Assembly: GCA_016217925.1 (NCBI GenBank)
Contig: JACRFK010000009.1
Coordinates: 33,191 to 97,190 of the forward strand
DNA length: 64,000 nt
Source: Candidatus Kaiserbacteria bacterium
Lineage (GTDB): Bacteria > Patescibacteriota > Minisyncoccia > Phycocordibacterales > UBA2100
Direction of reading: 5' to 3'
A program made the position numbers and the translations under genes. Positions 1-7,903 of the stretch are shown one piece after another. The notes below the pieces were generated by a model. The model did not search any database and had not been told where the DNA came from. It saw nothing but the letters and a program-made list of their open reading frames with translations. How positions within the stretch are numbered: the first letter of the stretch is position 1; the number at the start of each line of letters is the position of its first letter.

Positions 1-2
1 CA

Positions 3-310
3 CGCAATAACATTGATATTGCCGCCAACGACGCCGAGCGAATTGCCGCACTTACCGAATATGACAAGCGAAAAGCGGCGGGAGTCGAATCGGCAAGGAA
101 ACTTGAGGAGGTACGAAATGCTGTAGACAATGCAGCCAACGACGATGAGAGACGAGCGGCGCTTGCGGCGTACGACAAGCAAAAAGCAGCCGAGGCGGAA
201 TCGGCGAGAAAACTTGAGGAAGCGAGGAACGCGGTAGACAACGCCGCGAACGATGCCGAAAGGCGAATCGCTCTTGAGGAATATGACAAGCAAAAAGCCG
301 CGGCGGAGGA
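3..310 (+). repeat. ~2.8 copies of a 111-bp (37-aa) coding tandem repeat
   Basis: RNxxDxAANDxERxxALxxYDKxKAAxxESARKLEE; acttgagga recurs at 101 and 212. Confidence 0.85.
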
Positions 311-3300
311 AGCGGCGCAAAAGAAGGCAGGTCCGAAATATTACGATGCATTCGGCACGGAATATTCATCTCCGAAAGTGGCGGAGGTGAGTGATAAACT
401 GCAGTTGAAAGAAGCGGAAATCGGCGTGAAGTTAGAAGCAGCAAAAGCAGAACTCGAAAAGGCGAAGGCAGAGCGGGCGGAAGTCCCGTGGTACGAGAAA
501 ATCGGAAATTTCAATTTTACGAATGACGCCTTAAAAACGCAGGATGCGGTTAAGCTCGCTCAAAAAAACGTCGAATCACTTACCGCCGAGTTCAAGAAAG
601 CGGATGCAGCGGTAACCGCTCTCCAAAAGAGTCCATATGCCGAAGCCGTACTGAACAATTTGCTCACGCAGCCGACGAAGCCTGAAGAGATAGTTGCCCG
701 GAATCAACTCAACGTGAATCTGGTTGAGTATGGCGATGCGGTAAAAACACTCGACCAATTCAACAGGGATCCGCAAGCCTTTGTCGCAGGGGCGGGGGGC
801 GATGAGATTGACTCCATCAGAAAGGGGCTTGAGGATAAGGTAGCATTACTGAATGCGCGGGTTGGGGAGTTTTCCGGTGCCATACCGTTATCGGCTGAGT
901 CCGACAGATTTATCAAACAATCCGTCGAGGCTCAGAAGTCCTTCGGTCAACTGACCTCTGAAGTGTTCACCGGGGACACGGGAACAGCTCTCAAGGCACT
1001 TTCGGACAAAAGTATTGCCTTCTTGGGCGAAGCGCAGCGCGGGTTTGCCGAACCGGGGGTATATTCAGGTCTCGAGCAGACCATTTCCCCCGCGGGAATA
1101 ATGAAGGGACTCGTTGCCGACCCCGTGGCGAATGTACTCGGTGTTCCAACACCCGAAACGCAAGGGGCGAACTTGTCGAAGAGTGAATTTGAAAAAGGAG
1201 TCAGCCATGCGGTCGACGTAGCCATTGTCGCGACGCCCGGCATTTATCCGGCGCTTAAGGGATTGGGGATGCTTAAAGGGGCAATCGACCTCCCGAAAAT
1301 CAGTGCGTTGGATCTGACAGCGGCGAAGGTGGGCGGTGAAGCGGTTGATTTCGCAACCGCTGATAGTCGGATTATCGCGGGAGCGGTGGGAAGAGACGCA
1401 GCAGCAGGCTCAGGCCTTGGGGACGCCGGTGCCGCCGCTTCGCGTAACGCAGCTGAACTTGCCCCACAGGCAGAGAAGGAAATTGCAGCTGCTCGACCAC
1501 CCGCACCCGTGGATACGGTTTCGGCCCCGCGCGTGGAGACACCACCCGTCGAGGCAGCACCAGCGCCAAAAGTGGACACATCAGCACCGCGCGTTGAACC
1601 GGCACCTCCCGAAATCACGCCTGCTCCAAAATCCGCCGAACCTGCGCCAATCGCATCTGCCTCGGAAAAATCCTGGTTACAGAGTAAATGGGAAGACCTC
1701 AAGAGTTCGTTTGGGTATGGCGAGAAACCGACGACTCTGACTCAAGCTGAAATTGATGCGCGAGCGGTTGCTCAAATAGAAACCGAGGCTCCGGTGCAAT
1801 TGAAACCGGGGGCTGAGAATCCGTCAGGAAAAGTATGGAATGACCCGATGCTTACAAAAGACGAATTCATTATTGACTACAAAGCCGTATATCCTAAAAC
1901 CGGACTCACGGACGAGCAGCTTGCAGCGAAGTTTGACGCAGGACAGCGACTCAACCCCGAAACGAGAAGCCTCAAACAAGAATTCACCACCAAGACCCCC
2001 AATCTTCCAGAGGCACCCACGCCGGAAGTAGTTGCGCCAAAGGCGCTTGAACCTATAGCCGCTGCAGAAAAACCATCCCTCTGGGAGCGCATTTTCGGAA
2101 AGAGCGAACCGCCGGCGGCAGCTGAGACACCGAAGGCCGCTATTGCGCCCGAAACTCCGCCCGCGCCAAAAGTGGATGCTCCCGCACCACGCGCCGAACC
2201 GACACCTGCCGAAATCACACCGGCGCCGAAACCGGCTGAGACGCCGACGCCGAGAGCCGAACCGGCGCCCGCAGAAACGACTCCTCCCGCTCGGGCGGCT
2301 GGGGAGCCTGCGCCTGTGGAGCCCGTGAAGAGAGGTAGCGGCGAGGTTTCAAAACCGAACGGGGAGATTGCGATGGGGGATGAAGGCCCTGTGGCGCTGA
2401 GGCCGGGCGCGGAGAATCCTTCCGGAAAAGTATGGAACGACAGGACGCTCACGCGCGATGAATTTGTTGCCGATTACAAAGCACGTTACCCCAACACCAG
2501 CCTCACCGATGCGCAATTGGCCGAACGGTACGCTGCAGGCCAAAGGCTGAATCCGGAAACGGGCAGATTGAAAGTTCCAGAGACACCTGTATCCGTCGCG
2601 GGTGCGACACCCGCAGGTACGCCCGCCGCGCCTGCAGTTGCGGGGACTCCATCGTGGCTCAGAAGTACGGCTAGCTGGGTAGGGGACCATAAAGCCCGTT
2701 CAATAGTTTATGGTGCGGGAATACTGACGGGCGGTCTTGCTCTCTATAATATGGTAACACCGAGGACGTTTACTCCTGCGAATGAATCCCCGGTTCCTCT
2801 GAAGAAAGATGACGTCGTGCCGCCTCCGAAAGCCGAGGTATCACCACCGGTCGTTCGCAAAGATGTCGTTCCGCCACCAGTGACTCGGCGTGACGTTGTT
2901 CAAACGGGGTATCCCGACAACAGCAACAGCGGCGGAGATAACTTTTGCATCAAAAGCATTCAGCCGGTCGTCGTGATACCCAACGTCAAACCGGGGCCGG
3001 GTTGTTACAACAACCCGGGGCAGAATCCCGCCTGGCGCCCGTTCCCGCCCATGCCGCCCGCGCAGACGACACCGCCGACGACCACGCCAACTCCTACCCC
3101 GGCGAAGCCACCCGTTTCCCCGACTCCAACCTCAACGCCGACCACGACACCGCCGGTCGCGAAGCCATACGCGACACTTATCGCAAATCCCCCCACGGTC
3201 TTACCCGGCAGAAAATCACGTTTGATCTGGTCGAGCGTCAACACGTCAAGCTGCGAGCTCTTTGCCCCCGGAAATATCTCCATGGCGACGAGCACACGCG

Positions 3301-3407
3301 GCTCGACGTCTACTCTCCCGCTTGCAACGACGACCCAATTCACGCTCAACTGCAGCGCCACATCGGGCGCCACCACCTCAGCGCAGACGACGGTGACTGT
3401 TCACTAA
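3..3407 (+). CDS. Very large repetitive membrane/surface protein (5'-partial; the frame is open to the window edge)
   Basis: Frame 3 reads without stops from position 3 into the 378..3407 ORF. It has 37-aa helical repeats, Pro/Ala/Glu-rich linkers, a duplicated ~62-aa domain, a hydrophobic segment (IVYGAGILTGGLALY) and a C-terminal beta-rich Ig/PKD-like domain. Confidence 0.8.
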   Translation, partial: RNNIDIAANDAERIAALTEYDKRKAAGVESARKLEEVRNAVDNAANDDERRAALAAYDKQKAAEAESARKLEEARNAVDNAANDAERRIALEEYDKQKAAAEEAAQKKAGPKYYDAFGTEYSSPKVAEVSDKLQLKEAEIGVKLEAAKAELEKAKAERAEVPWYEKIGNFNFTNDALKTQDAVKLAQKNVESLTAEFKKADAAVTALQKSPYAEAVLNNLLTQPTKPEEIVARNQLNVNLVEYGDAVKTLDQFNRDPQAFVAGAGGDEIDSIRKGLEDKVALLNARVGEFSGAIPLSAESDRFIKQSVEAQKSFGQLTSEVFTGDTGTALKALSDKSIAFLGEAQRGFAEPGVYSGLEQTISPAGIMKGLVADPVANVLGVPTPETQGANLSKSEFEKGVSHAVDVAIVATPGIYPALKGLGMLKGAIDLPKISALDLTAAKVGGEAVDFATADSRIIAGAVGRDAAAGSGLGDAGAAASRNAAELAPQAEKEIAAARPPAPVDTVSAPRVETPPVEAAPAPKVDTSAPRVEPAPPEITPAPKSAEPAPIASASEKSWLQSKWEDLKSSFGYGEKPTTLTQAEIDARAVAQIETEAPVQLKPGAENPSGKVWNDPMLTKDEFIIDYKAVYPKTGLTDEQLAAKFDAGQRLNPETRSLKQEFTTKTPNLPEAPTPEVVAPKALEPIAAAEKPSLWERIFGKSEPPAAAETPKAAIAPETPPAPKVDAPAPRAEPTPAEITPAPKPAETPTPRAEPAPAETTPPARAAGEPAPVEPVKRGSGEVSKPNGEIAMGDEGPVALRPGAENPSGKVWNDRTLTRDEFVADYKARYPNTSLTDAQLAERYAAGQRLNPETGRLKVPETPVSVAGATPAGTPAAPAVAGTPSWLRSTASWVGDHKARSIVYGAGILTGGLALYNMVTPRTFTPANESPVPLKKDDVVPPPKAEVSPPVVRKDVVPPPVTRRDVVQTGYPDNSNSGGDNFCIKSIQPVVVIPNVKPGPGCYNNPGQNPAWRPFPPMPPAQTTPPTTTPTPTPAKPPVSPTPTSTPTTTPPVAKPYATLIANPPTVLPGRKSRLIWSSVNTSSCELFAPGNISMATSTRGSTSTLPLATTTQFTLNCSATSGATTSAQTTVTVH

Positions 3408-3434
3408 TTTGAGGACGGTGGTACAATAGCAGAT

Positions 3435-3995
3435 ATGAATACAACTTATATTGTGTTGGGAATTGTCGCAGTCGTTGCCGCCTGGCTCGTGTGGGCGTAC
3501 AACCGCTTTGTCCAACTTACCAATCGATGCGAGGAGGCGTGGTCGGATATCGACGTACAGCTCAAGAGACGCTACGACCTCATCCCGAATCTCGTCGAGA
3601 CGGTCAAGGGTTACGCCGCGCATGAAGCCGGCACGTTGCAGAAGGTGACAGAGGCGCGCACCAAGGCAATGGGTGCGACTACCGTGGCCGAGCATGCACA
3701 AGCGGAGAACATGCTCACAGGCGCGCTCAAGTCGCTTTTTGCGGTTTCCGAAGCGTACCCGGACCTGAAGGCCAATTCCAATTTCGTGGAACTTCAGCGC
3801 GAACTTTCCGACACCGAAAATAAAATTCAGGCAGCACGCCGCTTCTACAATTCCGTTGTACAAGAGCTCCAAAATGCGATCGAACAATTTCCGACGAATC
3901 TCGTGGGCAATGTATTCGGCTTCAAGACGCGCGAATTCTTCCAACTCGGCGAGGGTGAACAAGCGGCAAAAGAGCCAGTGAAGGTGAGCTTCTAG
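3435..3995 (+). CDS. lemA: LemA family protein
   Basis: N-terminal TM, IDVQLKRRYDLIPNLVETVKGYA, YPDLKANSNF, ENKIQAARRFYN. Confidence 0.97.
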   Translation: MNTTYIVLGIVAVVAAWLVWAYNRFVQLTNRCEEAWSDIDVQLKRRYDLIPNLVETVKGYAAHEAGTLQKVTEARTKAMGATTVAEHAQAENMLTGALKSLFAVSEAYPDLKANSNFVELQRELSDTENKIQAARRFYNSVVQELQNAIEQFPTNLVGNVFGFKTREFFQLGEGEQAAKEPVKVSF

Positions 3996-4025
3996 CCATT
4001 GGCCAAGAGCCACTCGCCAATAGAA

Positions 4026-4385
4026 ATGCAGACGTACAAAGATTTGATTGTTTGGCAAAGAGGCGTCACGCTCGTTACGGAAGTTTATCGGCTGACAGAA
4101 AGATTTCCCAAAACGGAGATTTTCGGGCTAACGAGCCAGATGTGCAGGGCTGCCGTGTCGATCCCTTCCAATCTTGCCGAAGGATTTGCCCGTAAATCTC
4201 GAGCGGAAAATGCTCAATTTGTTAGAATAGCCTTTGGCTCAGGTGCAGAGCTCGAAACCCAGGTCACGATTGCAGAGAATCTCAGATTTGTTGGCAAGAA
4301 AGACACGGTGACTGTCCGAGGCCTTCTCGATGAAACAATGCGCATGCTAAACAAACTTTCTTTCTCGCTAATGGCTAAGAACTAA
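4026..4385 (+). CDS. Four-helix-bundle protein (23S rRNA IVP / Avd-like family)
   Basis: YKDLIVWQ, FPKTEIFGLTSQMCRAAVSIPSNLAEG, FVRIAFGSGAELETQ; ATG at 4026. Confidence 0.92.
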   Translation: MQTYKDLIVWQRGVTLVTEVYRLTERFPKTEIFGLTSQMCRAAVSIPSNLAEGFARKSRAENAQFVRIAFGSGAELETQVTIAENLRFVGKKDTVTVRGLLDETMRMLNKLSFSLMAKN

Positions 4386-4391
4386 TTGCTT

Positions 4392-5282
4392 ATGGCTAGT
4401 TTATACACACAGCAGGGTAAGAATGTATTCCGCACCTGGATGCTCATGGGCATCTTTCTCGTGCTCGTGATAGCGGTCGGATTCGTCATGTCACAGTATT
4501 ACGGCAATCCGGGCATTCTCTACATCGCCGTCGCATTTTCTCTCGTAATGAACGTGAGCGCCTACTGGTTTTCCGACAAGGTCGCTATCGCATCGGCTGG
4601 GGCGAAGCCTGCGGACGAAAAAGAATACATTGAACTGCATCGCATCGTCGAAAATCTCGCCATCACCGCCGGCTTGCCCAAGCCGCGCGTCTATATCATC
4701 AACGACGCGCAGCCCAACGCATTTGCGTCCGGCCGCGACGCCAAACATGCAGTGATAGCGGTGACGACAGGTCTTCTCGCGACGCTTGACCGCTCGGAGC
4801 TCGAGGGCGTGCTCTCGCACGAGCTCTCGCATGTGGGGAATCGCGACATCCTCGTGATGACCGTCGCTGTCGTACTCGTCGGATTCATTTCCATCATTGC
4901 CGACATTTTCTTGCGCATGAGTTTCCACGGGGGGAATGACCGTGACAACAAAAATCCGCTTATCCTGATAGGAACTATTGCCGCCATCGTCCTTGCCCCA
5001 ATAGCCGCACAACTCATACAGCTCGCGATATCGCGCAAACGCGAATTCCTCGCCGACGCTTCCGGTGCTTTGCTCACGCGCTATCCCGACGCGCTTGCCT
5101 CGGCACTCGCAAAGATCGGTTCGTACCCCACGCCCATGCAGCGTGCATCCACAGCGACCGCACATCTTTTCATATCGAACCCCTTCGGCGCACAAAAGGC
5201 GGGAGCATTCGTTGCGAAATTGTTCAGCACGCACCCGCCAATGGGTGAACGGATCGCCGCACTGAAGGGAATGGATATCTGA
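4392..5282 (+). CDS. htpX: Zinc metalloprotease HtpX (M48)
   Basis: PNAFASG, HELSH, SRKREFLADA, STHPP; downstream of lemA. Confidence 0.95.
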   Translation: MASLYTQQGKNVFRTWMLMGIFLVLVIAVGFVMSQYYGNPGILYIAVAFSLVMNVSAYWFSDKVAIASAGAKPADEKEYIELHRIVENLAITAGLPKPRVYIINDAQPNAFASGRDAKHAVIAVTTGLLATLDRSELEGVLSHELSHVGNRDILVMTVAVVLVGFISIIADIFLRMSFHGGNDRDNKNPLILIGTIAAIVLAPIAAQLIQLAISRKREFLADASGALLTRYPDALASALAKIGSYPTPMQRASTATAHLFISNPFGAQKAGAFVAKLFSTHPPMGERIAALKGMDI

Positions 5283-5283
5283 T

Positions 5284-5832
5284 ATGGATACAATCGAGCG
5301 GTTGGAAAACGCGAGGAAGTATTTCACAAGAGACGGAAGGTTTATCAGGACCGATGCGTGGAAAAAAGAAGGCAGATACGTAGATCTCTGGAGCGTCGTG
5401 CATGTACTCTCCGGCATCGCGCTCGCGTTCTATCCGCGTTATTTCGGTTTCAGCGTACTCGCTACGTTCATCATCGTTACGCTGCTCTTCATCATGTACG
5501 AGATGTTCGAGGTCATCGTAAAGATCGAAGAGTATCCGACGAACCGCGTTACCGATGTGCTCTTCGGATTGGTAGGATTTGCCCCCGTCTATTTCGTCGA
5601 CCAGTATCTGGGAAGCACTACGAGCATTTTTCTTTGCGGTATCGCGACGACCATTGTGACCGTTGTGAGCATAGTCGGGTGGAGCTCCTCCTACAAAGCT
5701 TCGGTGCTTGAGGAGAAGATGCGCGCCGAATTCATTCGCGAGCGTGACCTCCTGCGTGAACGACGCATACGATTTGCTGCAAACAGAGAACGTCGCCGAC
5801 GAGCGCGGCGCATGCGCGGCCAGCCGCATTGA
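5284..5832 (+). CDS. Hypothetical membrane protein
   Basis: About four TM segments, DLWSVVH...YEMFE...E...N..TD motif, Arg-rich tail. Confidence 0.7.
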   Translation: MDTIERLENARKYFTRDGRFIRTDAWKKEGRYVDLWSVVHVLSGIALAFYPRYFGFSVLATFIIVTLLFIMYEMFEVIVKIEEYPTNRVTDVLFGLVGFAPVYFVDQYLGSTTSIFLCGIATTIVTVVSIVGWSSSYKASVLEEKMRAEFIRERDLLRERRIRFAANRERRRRARRMRGQPH

Positions 5833-5876
5833 TTGCTGTGCGCAAAGGTTTCTTTCTGGTATAACGAGGGTGGTTG

Positions 5877-5961
5877 CCACCGCCCACAGCGGGGCTCCGC
5901 CAAAGGCGCGAGGAGGCGTCGGATACCACCGCCTATGGCGGGGCCTCGCCAAAGGCGATGG
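5877..5961 (+). repeat. Two copies of a ~32-bp double-hairpin element (ccaccgcc....gcgggg....gccaaaggcg)
   Basis: Copies at 5877-5908 and 5926-5957; the second interrupts a tRNA-Ser 5' fragment. Confidence 0.75.
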
Positions 5962-5970
5962 GTGGTCTAG
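5912..5970 (+). pseudogene. Interrupted 5' fragment of tRNA-Ser
   Basis: ggaggcgtcggata[36-nt insert]gtggtctag versus intact ggaggcgtcgcatagtggtctag at 6211-6233. Confidence 0.8.
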
Positions 5971-5973
5971 AAT

Positions 5974-6225
5974 ATGTACTCGGTATATATATTGAAAAGC
6001 CAGATTGCCCAACGCTACTACGTTGGTTACTCTGGCGATGTAGAAGAACGTTTGCGCAAACATAATTCTGGAGGTACAACTTCCACTCGGCCAGATCGGC
6101 CATGGAAAGTCGTGTACACTGAAGTTTGTTCGAACAAAAGAGCGGCGTGGTTGCGCGAGAGGCAGATAAAGAGCTACAAAAGCGGAGAAGCTTTTAAGAA
6201 GCTCATAAATGGAGGCGTCGCATAG
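5974..6225 (+). CDS. Small GIY-YIG nuclease
   Basis: YSVYIL...YYVGYS...RLRKHN...ERQIK; the last codons and stop lie inside tRNA-Ser. Confidence 0.93.
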   Translation: MYSVYILKSQIAQRYYVGYSGDVEERLRKHNSGGTTSTRPDRPWKVVYTEVCSNKRAAWLRERQIKSYKSGEAFKKLINGGVA

Positions 6226-6296
6226 TGGTCTAGTGCGCACGCTTGGAAAGCGTGTGTGCCGCAAGGCACCGAGAGTTCGAATCTCTCCGCCTCCGC
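6211..6296 (+). tRNA. tRNA-Ser(GGA)
   Basis: Acceptor ggaggcg/cgcctcc, anticodon loop ttGGAaa, long variable arm, gttcgaat T-loop. Confidence 0.96.
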
Positions 6297-6309
6297 AGGG
6301 TAAAAGCAT

Positions 6310-6759
6310 ATGGAAGACAACACGGTCGAAATTTCTTGGGAATATTTATCCGAACTCGTTGACAAGCTTGCCCGGGATATTTCCGCGTCAGACTGGAAAC
6401 CCGATTCCCTCGTTGGCATAACGTCCGGAGGACTAATTCCGCTTGCGCTCATTTCGAAAAAACTCGGAGTCACCGACATTATGACGATTTCGGCCACCTC
6501 ATACACCGAGGACGAGAAGGGTGCGCTGACTATTTCAAATGTCCCAGCCGTTTGCCTCAAGGACCGTTCGGTACTCCTTATAGACGAGATAGCCGATACA
6601 GGCGATACGTTCCGGGAAGTTATCCGTACCCTCAGGACTCAATGCAGCGCCGACGTTCTGAAATCAGCCGCGATCGCGGTGCGTACTGACAAATGTAAAA
6701 CGCGACCGGATTTTTTCGCGCTCGAGGTTGATCGTTGGGTCACGTTCCCATGGGATTGA
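6310..6759 (+). CDS. Type I phosphoribosyltransferase (Gpt/Hpt-like)
   Basis: VGITSGGLIP, PRPP motif VLLIDEIADTGDT, C-terminal WVTFPWD. Confidence 0.9.
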   Translation: MEDNTVEISWEYLSELVDKLARDISASDWKPDSLVGITSGGLIPLALISKKLGVTDIMTISATSYTEDEKGALTISNVPAVCLKDRSVLLIDEIADTGDTFREVIRTLRTQCSADVLKSAAIAVRTDKCKTRPDFFALEVDRWVTFPWD

Positions 6760-6822
6760 GCAAGGAGCCTATACACACCAATACCTCGACACACAGTCCG
6801 CACGAGATATGATTGATGCGAT

Positions 6823-7299
6823 ATGACCGTCGTCACGATTTGGCCGATTCTTGCCGCGGGTGCAGCCTCCGTGCTCATCGGATGGATCTGGTACCATCCG
6901 CGCGTTTTCGGTACTACGTGGATGCGTCTTGCCAACATTACCCCCGAGATGGCGGAGCGCGGCAAGAAGATGATGCCGCTCTATGCGTTCATCGGCTTGT
7001 GTGCGAGCATGCTCATCGCGTACGTCATGAACTATGTGGGTATCGCATTTCAGATCTACGACTGGGTGGGTGCGGTCTTTGAGCTCGCGCTCTGGAGTTG
7101 GCTTGGATTTGTGGTGCCCGTCACGCTCGGCACGGTCTTGTGGGAACAGCGGCCGCTCAAACTGTACCTCATCAACGTTTCTTATTGGCTCGTATCTTTT
7201 GTGGCGATGGCACTTATCCTCGTGTTCGGCTCACAAACACTCGTCGGGGGTGCATATGATGTTCAGTACAGTACAGATGGACAATATATCAGTGAGTAA
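6823..7299 (+). CDS. DUF1761-like membrane protein
   Basis: IGWIWYHPRVFGTTW, WLGFVVP, LWEQRPLKLYLIN. Confidence 0.8.
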   Translation: MTVVTIWPILAAGAASVLIGWIWYHPRVFGTTWMRLANITPEMAERGKKMMPLYAFIGLCASMLIAYVMNYVGIAFQIYDWVGAVFELALWSWLGFVVPVTLGTVLWEQRPLKLYLINVSYWLVSFVAMALILVFGSQTLVGGAYDVQYSTDGQYISE

Positions 7300-7311
7300 C
7301 AGGAAGTGAGT

Positions 7312-7770
7312 ATGAAGCGTTTTCTCCTCCCAGTCGCTCTCGTAGCGATTTTTCTTTTTGGCGTGGCAACCTACGAGCTCTACCAACCACCAACCGTGCC
7401 GCCGAGGCAAGTAGAGGGGGTGCGGACAATACAATTACATGGTCAGACCGTTCGCGTGTCGGTCGCAGACACGGAAGTGGCCCGCGAACGAGGCTTGAGC
7501 GACCGCCCCGGCCTTGCGGCGGACGAAGGCATGCTCTTCGTCTTCCCGAGGGACGGGAAATACGGATTTTGGATGAAAGACATGCACTTCTCGATAGACA
7601 TCATGTGGCTTTCTGCCGATCAGCAGGTCGTATACATGGCTCAAAACATATCTCCCGACACGTACCCGCAGGTTTTCCGCCCGAATGTGCTCGCGAGATA
7701 CGTTCTGGAGCTCCCAGCAGGGTATGCAAAAGAGTATACTGTCACTGTTGGCGACAAGATGACGTTCTGA
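7312..7770 (+). CDS. DUF192 family protein
   Basis: RERGLS, GMLFVF, FWMKDMHFSIDI, YVLELPAG. Confidence 0.9.
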   Translation: MKRFLLPVALVAIFLFGVATYELYQPPTVPPRQVEGVRTIQLHGQTVRVSVADTEVARERGLSDRPGLAADEGMLFVFPRDGKYGFWMKDMHFSIDIMWLSADQQVVYMAQNISPDTYPQVFRPNVLARYVLELPAGYAKEYTVTVGDKMTF

Positions 7771-7774
7771 GGGG

Positions 7775-7818
7775 GTCCGACGCTTCGGTCGGACTCCGAC
7801 CGCTTCGCGCGTCGGAGT
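7775..7818. repeat. Double-hairpin ccgac/gtcgg element
   Basis: gtccgacgcttcggtcggac tccgaccgcttcgcgcgtcgga; same architecture as 10961-11019, 18035-18074 and 18151-18194. Confidence 0.7.
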
Positions 7819-7903
7819 TATCCACTTTCGGAATGAGTGGCGCGGCACTCTCTGGGCGATACAATGAATCTCCCAATCAAGAGCAATTATTAGGGTAGTT
7901 GAA

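Noticed and set aside
4026-4385. Avd-like gene as part of a diversity-generating retroelement
   Set aside because: No reverse transcriptase and no TR/VR pair with adenine-specific mismatches were seen in the window.
7820-7903. Cobalamin riboswitch or NrdR box upstream of nrdJ
   Set aside because: The region is too short and no B12-box or convincing NrdR palindrome was recognised.
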